Made by a program: the position numbers and the translations under genes | The notes under the pieces: model-generated | Seen by the model: the letters and a program-made list of their open reading frames with translations, nothing else | What the model was told of the DNA's origin: nothing | The model's database searches: none | Part shown: piece after piece, positions 8,956 through 18,449 of the stretch | Numbering within the stretch: position 1 is the first letter of the stretch | Layout of the letters: every line of letters begins with the position of its first letter | DNA from: Chthonomonadales bacterium | GTDB taxonomy: Bacteria > Armatimonadota > Chthonomonadetes > Chthonomonadales > Chthonomonadaceae | Reading direction: 5' to 3' | Assembly (NCBI GenBank): GCA_038217285.1 | Contig: JBBQPO010000004.1 | Location: forward strand, 1 to 55,231 | DNA length: 55,231 nt

Positions 8956-11082
8956 CTACCCGGACGGTAGGGTCTCGAAACCTGCGACGTTGAGGAAACG
9001 GTCGTGGGAGGCCGGATTTTTGTCGGGACGCAGGGTCAGTTTGATCGTGTGCTTGCCGGGAGCCAGGCCTCGATGCTCCCACTGGAACGGCAGATCACGG
9101 CCTGGTCCGTACTGGTCTACGATCGCAACGACCTTGCCGTCTATCCGCACTTCCGCCCGACCGGCGTCGTCGAAGCGGTAGCCCAGCCAGCGTATTCCCA
9201 CGCCCTCGAAGCCATACTCCACCGTCGCCCCCACCCGATTTCCAAAGCGAAACTGTCCGCCCTCTGCCCATCCCGGACTGAACGTCGCGGCGCGATAGGA
9301 GACGCGGTTTTCGGAGGCAGGGTCGAGGTAGAGAAAATAGGGTTCGCCCTCCCGATAGGCCGCGAATGGGCGCAGCAGCACGTTTGGGTCGGCGAGGAGA
9401 CGGTAGGTCAGCGGTTCGGATTCGCTCGGCGCGAAGGTCTGTTCCAGATGCGCGAGGTCTATTTTGCGGGCCGGGTTACCTGTCGGGATACGCGCCGCCA
9501 GAGTCACCGGGCCGTAGAGGACGGCGGCCGGATAGGGCTGCTCTGGATCGAGGCGCTCGGCATGGAGGCGCATCGGCAGATGCAGAGTCAGGCGGTCGCC
9601 CTCTTTCCAGAGACGCGGGACCGCGAACCAGTGGCGGGCGTCGGCGATGAGGAGGAGCGGCTTGCCGTTGAGCTCCGCTGTGGCCCGACCGGCTAGCCAC
9701 CCCGGTGCGCGAAGATGCAGTCCGAAGAGGCTCGGCTTCGGAGCGTGTACCGTGAACTCCACGGTATCGCTGGCCGGAAAGCGGGTCGTCTGTCGCACCG
9801 TCACCTCGGTTCCGCCCGCCTTCCAATGCACCGTTGAGGGCGTGTAGAGGTTGACGTAGAGACCGTCGGCGGCATGGAGATAGATCAGATCGTAATAGTC
9901 GGCTATCGCCATCGGACGCGTTCCCGCGCAGCAGGTCCAGCCCTGGTCGCAGTTGTGTTTCACGGCTCCGGCGGGGTTGTAGTCGGAATAGTAGAGGACG
10001 CGCCCATCCCCGGACATGGGAATGCTCGCGCCGATGCCATTCAGCAGAAGCCGCTCCGTCCAGTCACCGTACCCCGCATCGCCGGTGAGCGAGAGCAGAT
10101 ACTTCGTCATCTTAAACCCGGCCCAACTGCCGCACTGCGTCTCGAAGGTCGCATGCGACGTTTCGAGCATCTGCCGGCGCGCGGCCGCAGGCGTGATCTG
10201 CTCATTGGGGCCATAACCGCCCGTCGCGAAACACTCTTTCGTCTGAAGGAAGTCGTAGGCGTTGCGGAGCGTGTCGAGATAGTGCGATTCGCCTGTCACC
10301 AGGTAGGCCGCGCCGGCCCCTCCCAGCGTGTTCACATGGCTATACGCATGGTAGGCGGTTGGGCCAGGAGCAAAGATGTCGCGTTTCTGGGCGTAGCGGT
10401 TCCAGTACTCGGTATACTCCCACACCTGCGCGAAGTCGCGGTATTTCGCGTCGCTCGTCGCGAGGTAGGCGCGGTACAGGTTTTCGCTGAGAGTATACCA
10501 CTCGGCGGAATCACCGCCATAAGGACGCGTTCGGTCGAGATTTTTGACCGCCCAGTCGGTGATACGGCTCAGGTAGCCAGGCGCTTCGGCGCTATGGCAG
10601 TAGAGGATGGCGTCCACCAAACCACCGACCATCTTATCGTAGATGTAGTGCCGGGCGTTGGGAGCGTTCGAAAAATAGAAATAACCGTCCGTCGCAATGC
10701 ACTTGCCCCACTCGCGCACCAGCGTTTCGACCTTGTCGAGGCAGGCGGGATCGCCCGTGGCGGCGTACATGCGTGCCAGCCCGGAGAGTATCTGCCCGAA
10801 GATATGAAAGGTGTCGGTGGTATACCAGCCGCCGAGGTCCACTCCCGGTGCGGGCAGCCCGGCACGCGCCCGAAAGCCTTTCAGCAGGTCGTCGTTCGGA
10901 ATGTGCAGGTAGTAGTCCCGTGTCTCGTCGAACTGACGTTTCAGGGAGCCGTCTTCCAGAGTCACCCCACGGTAGTCGAAGGGCTCCAAAACCCGTTTGC
11001 CCGGTGTGGGCGGCGCTGCCTGCGCCATCCCCGAAACCAGCATCAGTCCCACCAGGACCAGTATCGAGATTCCGCTTTTCAT
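8956..11082 (-). CDS. Secreted GH127/GH146-like (beta-L-arabinofuranosidase family) glycoside hydrolase with C-terminal beta-sandwich domain
   Basis: Signal peptide (..GMAQA), LGGW, HIFGQILSGLA, HAYSH, FATGGYGPNE, ETQC, WTCCAGT, LYVNLYTPS, YGPVTLA. Confidence 0.85.
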   Translation of the reverse strand: MKSGISILVLVGLMLVSGMAQAAPPTPGKRVLEPFDYRGVTLEDGSLKRQFDETRDYYLHIPNDDLLKGFRARAGLPAPGVDLGGWYTTDTFHIFGQILSGLARMYAATGDPACLDKVETLVREWGKCIATDGYFYFSNAPNARHYIYDKMVGGLVDAILYCHSAEAPGYLSRITDWAVKNLDRTRPYGGDSAEWYTLSENLYRAYLATSDAKYRDFAQVWEYTEYWNRYAQKRDIFAPGPTAYHAYSHVNTLGGAGAAYLVTGESHYLDTLRNAYDFLQTKECFATGGYGPNEQITPAAARRQMLETSHATFETQCGSWAGFKMTKYLLSLTGDAGYGDWTERLLLNGIGASIPMSGDGRVLYYSDYNPAGAVKHNCDQGWTCCAGTRPMAIADYYDLIYLHAADGLYVNLYTPSTVHWKAGGTEVTVRQTTRFPASDTVEFTVHAPKPSLFGLHLRAPGWLAGRATAELNGKPLLLIADARHWFAVPRLWKEGDRLTLHLPMRLHAERLDPEQPYPAAVLYGPVTLAARIPTGNPARKIDLAHLEQTFAPSESEPLTYRLLADPNVLLRPFAAYREGEPYFLYLDPASENRVSYRAATFSPGWAEGGQFRFGNRVGATVEYGFEGVGIRWLGYRFDDAGRAEVRIDGKVVAIVDQYGPGRDLPFQWEHRGLAPGKHTIKLTLRPDKNPASHDRFLNVAGFETLPSG

Positions 11083-11289
11083 TTCGCCTCCTCGCCCGCT
11101 GTTTCCCCTACGATCGCCCTGTTTTTAGTCGATTGCTGCCTGCTTGTTTCGACTTCAGGCGAACATAGGATCGCCGGGGGAACCTAATCTGTGTCATAAT
11201 CGTCTTGCAATGTGCAATCCAGCAAATCGCGAGGAACCCGGAGCCAATCCGTCCGGGCCATCGCAACCCCGCGAGAAGGAGTGACCCCT

Positions 11290-11907
11290 ATGTCCAAGAC
11301 ACCGCAATTAACAGCCCTGCCCCTGACGGCAACTTCCAAAGGCGAGATCAAGCGCCTGCGCCAGAGCGGCTTCATCCCCGTCTCCATTCAGCACCGACGC
11401 CATGAAACCCTGCATCTGCAGGAGGACGAGAAACTGCTGAACGCGTTCATCGTGCAGCACGGCAACTCCGGCGTGGCCGAGATGATCGTCGGGGCCGACA
11501 AGGTCAAGCATACCGTCGTCGTACACGACATTCAACGCGATCCGATCTCCAAGCGCCTGCTGCATGTCACGTTCCAGGACATGGAGAAGGGCGACACCGT
11601 GAAGACCCATGTCTCCCTGGTATTTCGGGGCGAGCCGGAGGCTGTTCGCCTGGGCGATGGCGTTCTGTCCCAGACGCTGTCGCAACTGGAAATCCGGAGC
11701 GATGTGCTGCATCTGGTCGACCATATCATGGTCGATGTCTCGCACATGGAACTCGGCAGTTCCCTGCGCGTCTCCGACCTTCCCAAGCAGGATGGGTATG
11801 AGATTCTGACCCCGGAAGACACCCTGATCGCCTCCGTCTCCGAACCGACCGCAGCCGAAGCAGAAGTCGTCACCGAGCCGACCGGTGTCGATGCGTCTGC
11901 GGCCTAA
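11290..11907 (+). CDS. rplY: Ribosomal protein L25/Ctc family, divergent
   Basis: KRLRQSGFIP, DIQRDPISKRLLHVTF and a Ctc C-terminal domain (I.VDVSHMELGSSLRVSDL). ATG at 11290 with GAAGGAG upstream. Confidence 0.85.
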   Translation: MSKTPQLTALPLTATSKGEIKRLRQSGFIPVSIQHRRHETLHLQEDEKLLNAFIVQHGNSGVAEMIVGADKVKHTVVVHDIQRDPISKRLLHVTFQDMEKGDTVKTHVSLVFRGEPEAVRLGDGVLSQTLSQLEIRSDVLHLVDHIMVDVSHMELGSSLRVSDLPKQDGYEILTPEDTLIASVSEPTAAEAEVVTEPTGVDASAA

Positions 11908-11956
11908 AGCCGTCGAACAAGATTCATCCCACCTTCGTGGACTGACTCGACACCCT

Positions 11957-12016
11957 GCAAACCTCCGAGAGGTAGATGTGAGCTTTCGCGCTCGATCTAC
12001 TTCCAGGAGGTTTTGC
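11957..12016 (+). terminator. Long interrupted hairpin downstream of rplY (terminator or processing structure)
   Basis: GCAAACCTCC (11957-66) / GGAGGTTTTGC (12006-16), AGGTAGAT / ATCTACTT, GAGC / GCTC. Confidence 0.45.
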
Positions 12017-12158
12017 TACGACACGATGCATACAACCTGATCCTGCGGCTGGTTTCTTGAACGTCAGGAACGGGCAGCATTTCCTACGGGCAGGGATTCG
12101 CTTTGGGGACGGTGAACCTTGCGGCAGCAACTTATGGCAAAGGAGCACAACTGCCAAC

Positions 12159-13250
12159 ATGGAACCGTTCAATGGCCTGGGGATGGGCCTGCACAACATC
12201 TCGCGTCTGTCAAAGGCGAAGACGCGCTCCATCAGCGCGGAGAACTTTACGGGCGAAAAGGGCAAGGCCGGAATGGCGACCGAAGGCACAGGCGCGAACG
12301 CCGCCCGTGACCTGGGCCAGGGCTGGAAGGTATCGCCTTCCATCAGCATCGAGCCACGCCAGATCGTCACGCTCGCGGAGATCGAAGGGCCGGGCGCCAT
12401 TCAACACATCTGGAACACCGTCCATCCGACCTGGTGGCGACGGCTAATCATCCGCTTCTACTGGGACGGCGAGGACACCCCTTCCGTGGAGGTTCCTATC
12501 GGCGACCTGTTCTGCAACGGCTGGTGCGAGCGCTGCAACATCGCCAGCCTGCCGGTCGCAGTCAATCCTGCGGGAGGCTTCAACTCCTACTGGGAGATGC
12601 CGTTCCACAAATCGGCGCGCATCACTCTGGAGAACCTGACGGAAGAGAAGTGCAACGGCTACTACTATCAGATCACGTATGCCCTCACCGACGTTCCCGA
12701 GGATGCCGCGTACTTCCATGCGCAGTTCCGCCGCTCCAATCCCCTGCCCTACGCGGAGGTTCACACGCTGCTGGATGGCGTGAAGGGGCAAGGGCATTAC
12801 GTCGGGACCTACCTAGCCTGGCAAGTGAACAGTACGGGCTGGTGGGGTGAAGGAGAAATTAAATTCTTTCTGGATGGCGACGGCGAGTTCCCGACTATCG
12901 CGGGCACCGGCACCGAGGACTATTTCGGCGGAGCCTGGAACTTCGAGCATCCCCAAGGACAGTACGGCGTCTTCTCGACCGCCTATCTCGGCATGCCGCA
13001 GGTCATCATGTCCGGTGAGGCGGGGATGTACCGTTCACAGCAACGCCACGGGATGTACCGCTGGCATATCCCTGATCCTATCCGCTTCGAGGAGGACCTG
13101 CGCGTGACGATCCAGGCGCTCGGCTGGCGCACCGGCGGACGTTACCTGCCACTCCAGGACGACATCGCCTCAACCGCCTTCTGGTATCAGGCCGAGCCAC
13201 ACGCTCCGTTCCCCATTCTCCCAGACCGCGACGGGCTAGAAGTGATTTAG
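12159..13250 (+). CDS. DUF2961 / GH172 glycoside hydrolase
   Basis: RSISAENFTGEKGKAG, GPGAIQHIW, FNSYWEMPF, WWGEGEIKFFLDGD, GTGTEDYFGGAW, YRWHIPDPIRF, DDIASTAFWYQ. Confidence 0.92.
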   Translation: MEPFNGLGMGLHNISRLSKAKTRSISAENFTGEKGKAGMATEGTGANAARDLGQGWKVSPSISIEPRQIVTLAEIEGPGAIQHIWNTVHPTWWRRLIIRFYWDGEDTPSVEVPIGDLFCNGWCERCNIASLPVAVNPAGGFNSYWEMPFHKSARITLENLTEEKCNGYYYQITYALTDVPEDAAYFHAQFRRSNPLPYAEVHTLLDGVKGQGHYVGTYLAWQVNSTGWWGEGEIKFFLDGDGEFPTIAGTGTEDYFGGAWNFEHPQGQYGVFSTAYLGMPQVIMSGEAGMYRSQQRHGMYRWHIPDPIRFEEDLRVTIQALGWRTGGRYLPLQDDIASTAFWYQAEPHAPFPILPDRDGLEVI

Positions 13251-13407
13251 CCCTGCCTTCTCCGCAAAGGAATCGGCTTTCGGGCAGTCTCGTAGAGTCA
13301 GCAAGGTTCTCCTTTCTGGCGGGTTCGTTCACAACGGCCTTTGAAAACTTGAGCCGTGTAACAGGAAACTGTTACGCACAGCTCTTAGGGGGAGGAAGCA
13401 AAGTACC

Positions 13408-13766
13408 ATGATGACTCGCATCACCCAATCGCGTCTGGCGGGAATGATCTGCGTTACTTCTTTCCTTACTTTCGTGGGAGCAAACATACCGCTCCACATG
13501 ACGGTCCCAATCCGTTCGCTTCCTCCCCAGAAAAAACTCAGTTTCATTGAGGCTTGCGCGCACGAACCCTTGGGGACGGTTACATCCCTGATAGATCAAG
13601 GGGCTGATGTCAATCAAATGACGGCAAAAGGCTTCACACCGTTAAGGTTGTAAGTCAACGACATGAAACCGCGCTGTCTATAGCCGAACAAGAACCAAGC
13701 GTATCTTTAGATCCATCCGCTTTAGAGTCACTCGCAGTGTTGAAACAAGCAGCCGCTAAGAAATGA
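13408..13766 (+). pseudogene. Ankyrin-repeat gene remnant (internal deletion with frame change)
   Basis: Frame 1 ends LIDQGADVNQMTAKGFTPLRL* (13653). A shifted frame continues VKVVSQRHETALSIA...LAVLKQAAAKK* (13766), resembling a terminal ankyrin repeat. GGAGG SD upstream. Confidence 0.6.
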
Positions 13767-13902
13767 CTGTCGATCTGACAATCCGTTCAGTCTCATGTTC
13801 ATGCCAACTCCATCAAGGCTGGTTAGAAGGCCACATGCCGCAGCGACAATTTTTCGCCGAGGCATGTCTGCTTCAAGGATACCTGAGCCATAGGAGGCGA
13901 CC

Positions 13903-14226
13903 TTGAAGAAGGTACATTCGAACGAATACTACCACCGCAATGCAGTGTCGTTCGCTGACAGCGGCCTGGCAGCGAAGAATAGTGGTGACGCTGGACGGGC
14001 GATTATCCTGTATGAACATGCCTTAAACTTTGAACTGGATGCCCTGAGCACGCTTCCTGATGAAACGCTGCCTGAACAGATATTGGGGTTCTATCGAAAC
14101 GCGATCTCTTATGCCATAGAATGTGGGCGTACGCGCAAGGCCAAGCGCCTCGTCGAAACCGCGCTGTCCTATCATCCACCTCAAGAGATGGCAGCGACCT
14201 TGGAAGACCTCCTCGCAACGCTCTAA
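13903..14226 (+). CDS. Small helical (TPR-like) hypothetical protein
   Basis: TTG start with GGAGG SD; amphipathic helices (AIILYEHALNFELDAL, KAKRLVETAL). Confidence 0.65.
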   Translation: MKKVHSNEYYHRNAVSFADSGLAAKNSGDAGRAIILYEHALNFELDALSTLPDETLPEQILGFYRNAISYAIECGRTRKAKRLVETALSYHPPQEMAATLEDLLATL

Positions 14227-14383
14227 ACTGCTCCGACGTGTCCCCTCGCCTATTTGCCTGCCTGAAAGATCTCTTTGTAACTCGTTTCTCAATGTGCCGT
14301 ATGTATTTTGCCATACGCCAGTGCCAAACGATAGAGATAAGAAAACAAACGCATTCATCAATGCCAGTCTTGTGGAGGGGATT

Positions 14384-14704
14384 ATGCTGAACGTAACAGT
14401 GCTCCCAGAAACCGAGAGCGATAGGGATGCAATCAGAGAAGTCAAGGAGATGGTGCGTCTTCTTCTTCACGCCGGAAGCGATGTCAACGCTCATAACGAG
14501 GTGCGTATTGGCGATAGTGCCTTGAGGATCGCCGCCGAGCAAGGAGACAGTGAGATGGTCAAACTGTTGCTGGATGCCGGAGCCGACCCTCTCCTCCCTG
14601 GTTGGATGGGATTGACAGCATGGCATAAGGCCCAAGAAAGGCGCAGCCCAGAGGGATTGAAGGTGCGGGAATTGATAGAACGTTCTGTCCGACGCCGGGG
14701 TTAA
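14384..14704 (+). CDS. Short ankyrin-repeat protein (possibly 5'-truncated)
   Basis: MVRLLLHAGSDVNA, GDSALRIAAEQGDSEMVKLLLDAGADP. ATG at 14384 preceded by GGAGGGG. Confidence 0.7.
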   Translation: MLNVTVLPETESDRDAIREVKEMVRLLLHAGSDVNAHNEVRIGDSALRIAAEQGDSEMVKLLLDAGADPLLPGWMGLTAWHKAQERRSPEGLKVRELIERSVRRRG

Positions 14705-14789
14705 TACGCGTTCACTGGCCCGCGTTTACGGGAGTGCCCTTGGCGTCTATAAGAGCAAAGTTGTGGCACTCGCAGGTAGGGAGGGTATT

Positions 14790-15146
14790 GTGACAGGCGT
14801 TGAGTTAAACCTGGTAGTCATTCGTGCTACGGACATTGACCGGGCCGCTGCCTTCTACAGCCTGCTGGGACTGACATTTCAGAAGCACCGTCATGGCAAT
14901 GGCCCCGAACACTACGTTTCCGAGGTAGGAACCACTGTCTTTGAGATATACCCCCTTCAGAAACAGGGCGAGGGCTCGACGGGCATGCGGATCGGCTTCA
15001 GAGTGACCTCTGTGGACGCCGTGGTCGGGGCGCTGGAGAAGATGGGGGCGCATGTCCTCTCACCTCCGAAGAACTCGCAATGGGGCCGTCGGGCAGTCAT
15101 CGAAGACCTGGACGGACACCACGTGGAACTGACGGAGGCACAGTGA
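14790..15146 (+). CDS. VOC / glyoxalase-family protein
   Basis: LNLVVIRATDIDRAAAFYSLLG, FEIYP, WGRRAVIEDLDGHHVEL. GGAGG before GTG at 14790. Confidence 0.88.
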   Translation: MTGVELNLVVIRATDIDRAAAFYSLLGLTFQKHRHGNGPEHYVSEVGTTVFEIYPLQKQGEGSTGMRIGFRVTSVDAVVGALEKMGAHVLSPPKNSQWGRRAVIEDLDGHHVELTEAQ

Positions 15147-15190
15147 GGCTTCCCACCATTTTGTTTGCCTTATTGAATAGGTTGCTCGGC

Positions 15191-18100
15191 CTAGACCACA
15201 TGCCCCCGCTCCGTTAGACAGGTCCGATAGTTTTCCAGCACGGTCTGGTGATCGGGATGCTCCTCCCCGAGAGTGGACGACAGGATACCTATCGCCTCCT
15301 GAAAGAGAAATTCTGCCTCCGCGAAGCGCCTCTGGCCTTGATACAGCACGGCGAGATGATTGAGGCTGGTGGCGATGTCCGGATGACCTTCCGGCAACGC
15401 CTGCCGCCATAGCGCCACCGCCTGCACGAAGAGGGCCTCCGCCTCTGCGGAACGACCCTGATGCGCATACAGCATTGCCAGAAGGTTGAGGCTGGCGGCG
15501 ATCTCGGGATGGATCTCGGGCAGCGTCCTCCTGTTTATCTCCAACGCCTGCTTCAGGAGAGGTTCCGCTTCCGCATAACGCCCCAGTCTCCGGTACAGCG
15601 CCGCCAGATTGTACAGGCCGGCCGCTATATCGGGATGATCGGCGGGCAGCGATTTTTGCCAACTCTCCAGCGCCTGTAAGTAGAGAGGCTCCGCTTCCGC
15701 AATACGCCCCTGTCGCTGATAGAGCAGCGCCAGATTGTTGAGGCCCTGGGCAATATAGGGATGGTCTTCGGGCAGCGTCTTCTGCCGCATCGCCAGCGCC
15801 TGGTTCAGAGCCGATTCCGCATCTGCAAGGCGTCCCAGGCTCTGACACACCACGGCCAGATTGTTCAGGCCCGTGGCGATCTCCGGATGGCCTTCAGGCA
15901 GCGATTTTTGCCATATCTCAACTGCCTCCCTCAAAAGAGGCTCCGCCTCCGTATAGCGCCCCTGATGCCAGTACAACAGCGCCAGATTGTTCAGGCCGCC
16001 CGCTATTTCGGGATGATCGGCGGGCAGCGCCGTCCTGTAGATCTCTACCGCCTGCAGAGCGTGCGGCTCCGCCTCCGCAAAGCGCCCCTGATCCCGATAC
16101 AGTTCCGCCAGACTGTTAAGGCTCGCGGCGATTTCAGGATGGCTGGCGGGCCGCGTCTTCCGCCGTATCGCCAGTGCCTGCAGGTAGTGAGGCTCCGCCT
16201 CCGCAAATCGCCCCTGGCTCTGGTAAAGCTCCGCGAGACTGTTGAGACTGATGGCGATACGAGGGTGGTCTTCGGGCAGAACTTTTCGCAGCATCGCCAG
16301 CGCCCGCACACAGAGAGGTTCGCCCTCGGCGATACGCCCCTGCCGATCCAGGAAGATGCCCATGTGATTGAGCACCATGCTGACCTGTTCTCCCTCTGTA
16401 CCGGCCTGCGCCGCATAGGCGCAGAGGTGCTCCGCATGGGCATAGTAGAGCGCGCCTCTTCCGCCCAGAACATAGTCCTCGGAAGGAAACGAGTGGGCCA
16501 TCGCGTCCAGAATACGTTCATAGGCGCGCTGCTGCGCTTCCGGGGGCTGTTTGTCCCACACCACCGTCTGTACCATCTGATGGACGCTGAAGGCGCGCTC
16601 GGCGCTCAGGATTTTGACCAGTGAGTAGTCGTGCAGGGGTTTCAGGAGTCTGTCGTAGATCCTGCCCCGCTCCTCCTCACTCTCCGCATCGGCAAAATCA
16701 CACGGAAAGGCCGAATAGATAAGCTCGCCGGGGATGGGAGTGGGAGCCAGAAACGCGGAGAATGTCAGTAGTTCGGCGCTTCTGGGGAACCGTTCGGAGA
16801 TCTCCCGAAAGTTCAAATCCCAGGTGGTCCAGACGGTGAGATCTTCCTCGTAATCTCCGGTCCTCGTGTTGTGCGCCAGATACGGTCGGTTCTTCGCGCC
16901 ATATTCCAGATGTTTCCTGCGGCCTAGGCGGTAGGCGGCCAGATAGTCGGCAAAGCGCAGGGCAGGATGCTGTTGAAGGTAGGCTCCTGCCTGCTCCAGC
17001 GCCAGGGAGAGCCCCCCTAACTCTTGCGCGATCTCGCGGACCGTCCGCATCTCTTCTTCGCTCCCCGTTCGCTCTCTCCCGGTGCGATGATAGAGAAAAG
17101 CCAGGATCTCGTCCGGCTGCAGAGGCTCCAGCGGAATGCCGTGGATATCTCCGGGGAATGTCTGGCTGCGGCTGGTAAGGATTACCTGCCCCTGCCGACG
17201 GTCCGGATAGCGTGGCAGAAATTCCCGCACCAGCTCAGGGGTGTCCGCGTTGTCAAGAATCAGCAGCCAGCCGCGATGCCTGGGGTCGGCCAGCCAGCGA
17301 ATGACGGCTGGGACAACGACCTGGATATCTGTTTCGTCTCGGAAAGGGAAGTCCGGCAGCGCCCTGGCAATCGCCGCAAATCCGTTGCGGAGGGCGTCCT
17401 CATCGTCCGCGCGTGTCCAGAAGAAGCGGTTGTAGCGCGGATAGTGAGGATAGGTCTTTTTGTCGAAGCAACGGTAGGCGAACTCGACCGCCGTCTCCGT
17501 TTTGCCCATTCCTCCCAGCGCGGAGAGAGCCTGTATCTGCGGCGTAATTCCTCTTTCCGTCAACCGTGCACAGAGCAGAGCGAAGATCTCTTCCCGCCCT
17601 TCGAAGTAGGGATTGCGCGGATAGGTAAGGTTGCCGGGCAGCTCGCCGGGCGACAGCAGGTCTTCTTCCGGCAAGACCGCAGGAAGCGTCTTCTCCAGCG
17701 CCTCGATCTTCTCCCGCATCTCCGCGCGCAGGCGAGCGACCCAGTGCCAGAGAGGGCGCGGCATCAACTGCTGGCGCTCTATCTCCCGCATCCGATCGAT
17801 CTTCGCCTTCTTAATGCGCGCATTGCCCTCGCGCCGAGCCTCCTCGTTCATCTTCCAGAACTCCTGCATATCGCAGGTGCAGCCCTCCTTCAGCCGCACG
17901 AAATCCGGGGTCGTCTCGACAGGAAAGAGACGCTGCCACGTCTCTCCACCGGGCAGTTTGCCGCTGTAAGTCAACTGGGTCAGCCAGGTTTTGAGCGTGT
18001 TGTCGGGAGAGTCTGGCTGGTTGTCTGCCTGCCAGAAGTAGTCCTTGATCTCCCTGCGCGTCGCCTGCATCTCCGGTCGACAGGCCAGAAAAAACAGAAG

Positions 18101-18256
18101 CTCAAAGGGCCGCCCGTCGGGAGGGGAGGTCAAGACGGCCTTGCCGTGTTCGTCTTGCGAGCCATCTATCTGCCACTGGCAGGTGCCGATGACTCTGAAG
18201 TCGATCTTCCCGATGACATTTTGCAGCGGTTTGGAGGTCCGTGATGGCGTACTCAT
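15191..18256 (-). CDS. STAND NTPase: SARP-like wHTH/BTAD-like N-terminus, NB-ARC, C-terminal TPR array
   Basis: ELLFFLA..TRREIKDYFW..NTLKTWLTQL N-terminus; RNPYFEGRE; Walker A ALGGMGKT; Walker B WLLILDNAD; ILTSR; GGLSLALEQAGAY; nine 42-aa TPRs. Confidence 0.88.
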   Translation of the reverse strand: MSTPSRTSKPLQNVIGKIDFRVIGTCQWQIDGSQDEHGKAVLTSPPDGRPFELLFFLACRPEMQATRREIKDYFWQADNQPDSPDNTLKTWLTQLTYSGKLPGGETWQRLFPVETTPDFVRLKEGCTCDMQEFWKMNEEARREGNARIKKAKIDRMREIERQQLMPRPLWHWVARLRAEMREKIEALEKTLPAVLPEEDLLSPGELPGNLTYPRNPYFEGREEIFALLCARLTERGITPQIQALSALGGMGKTETAVEFAYRCFDKKTYPHYPRYNRFFWTRADDEDALRNGFAAIARALPDFPFRDETDIQVVVPAVIRWLADPRHRGWLLILDNADTPELVREFLPRYPDRRQGQVILTSRSQTFPGDIHGIPLEPLQPDEILAFLYHRTGRERTGSEEEMRTVREIAQELGGLSLALEQAGAYLQQHPALRFADYLAAYRLGRRKHLEYGAKNRPYLAHNTRTGDYEEDLTVWTTWDLNFREISERFPRSAELLTFSAFLAPTPIPGELIYSAFPCDFADAESEEERGRIYDRLLKPLHDYSLVKILSAERAFSVHQMVQTVVWDKQPPEAQQRAYERILDAMAHSFPSEDYVLGGRGALYYAHAEHLCAYAAQAGTEGEQVSMVLNHMGIFLDRQGRIAEGEPLCVRALAMLRKVLPEDHPRIAISLNSLAELYQSQGRFAEAEPHYLQALAIRRKTRPASHPEIAASLNSLAELYRDQGRFAEAEPHALQAVEIYRTALPADHPEIAGGLNNLALLYWHQGRYTEAEPLLREAVEIWQKSLPEGHPEIATGLNNLAVVCQSLGRLADAESALNQALAMRQKTLPEDHPYIAQGLNNLALLYQRQGRIAEAEPLYLQALESWQKSLPADHPDIAAGLYNLAALYRRLGRYAEAEPLLKQALEINRRTLPEIHPEIAASLNLLAMLYAHQGRSAEAEALFVQAVALWRQALPEGHPDIATSLNHLAVLYQGQRRFAEAEFLFQEAIGILSSTLGEEHPDHQTVLENYRTCLTERGHVV
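15251..16384 (-). repeat. Nine tandem 126-bp (42-aa) TPR coding repeats
   Basis: Repeating IAxxLNxLAxLYxxQGRxAEAEPLxxQALxxxxKxLPxDHPx; span 1134 bp = 9 x 126. Confidence 0.9.
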
Positions 18257-18279
18257 AAAAACATTCCTTGCGAAGTCGC

Positions 18280-18347
18280 TTTACCCGGATTTACATCCAT
18301 TTTTGCTAAACTGACGTGTGTTGTATCGAGCGAACGTTTCTTATAAT
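18280..18347 (+). promoter_or_regulatory. Divergent promoter region with TATAAT and phased TTTAC repeats
   Basis: TATAAT at 18342-18347. TTTACCCGGA / TTTACATCCA / TTTTTGCTAA at 10-bp spacing (18280-18309). Confidence 0.45.
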
Positions 18348-18449
18348 TGCTTATGTCGGACGACAATTCCTTCAGGTTTCCGCCAACCTGACACTCTCCG
18401 CGTTTAGAAAACGCGACGCCCTGTCTAATTTCAGTAAGGAGACCCCACT

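Noticed and set aside
14123-14383. N-terminal extension of the ankyrin ORF
   Set aside because: Overlaps the upstream gene and looks non-coding; a good SD precedes ATG 14384.
15251-16384. Periodic repeats as a possible CRISPR array
   Set aside because: In-frame 126-bp coding TPR repeats with no repeat-spacer structure and no cas genes.
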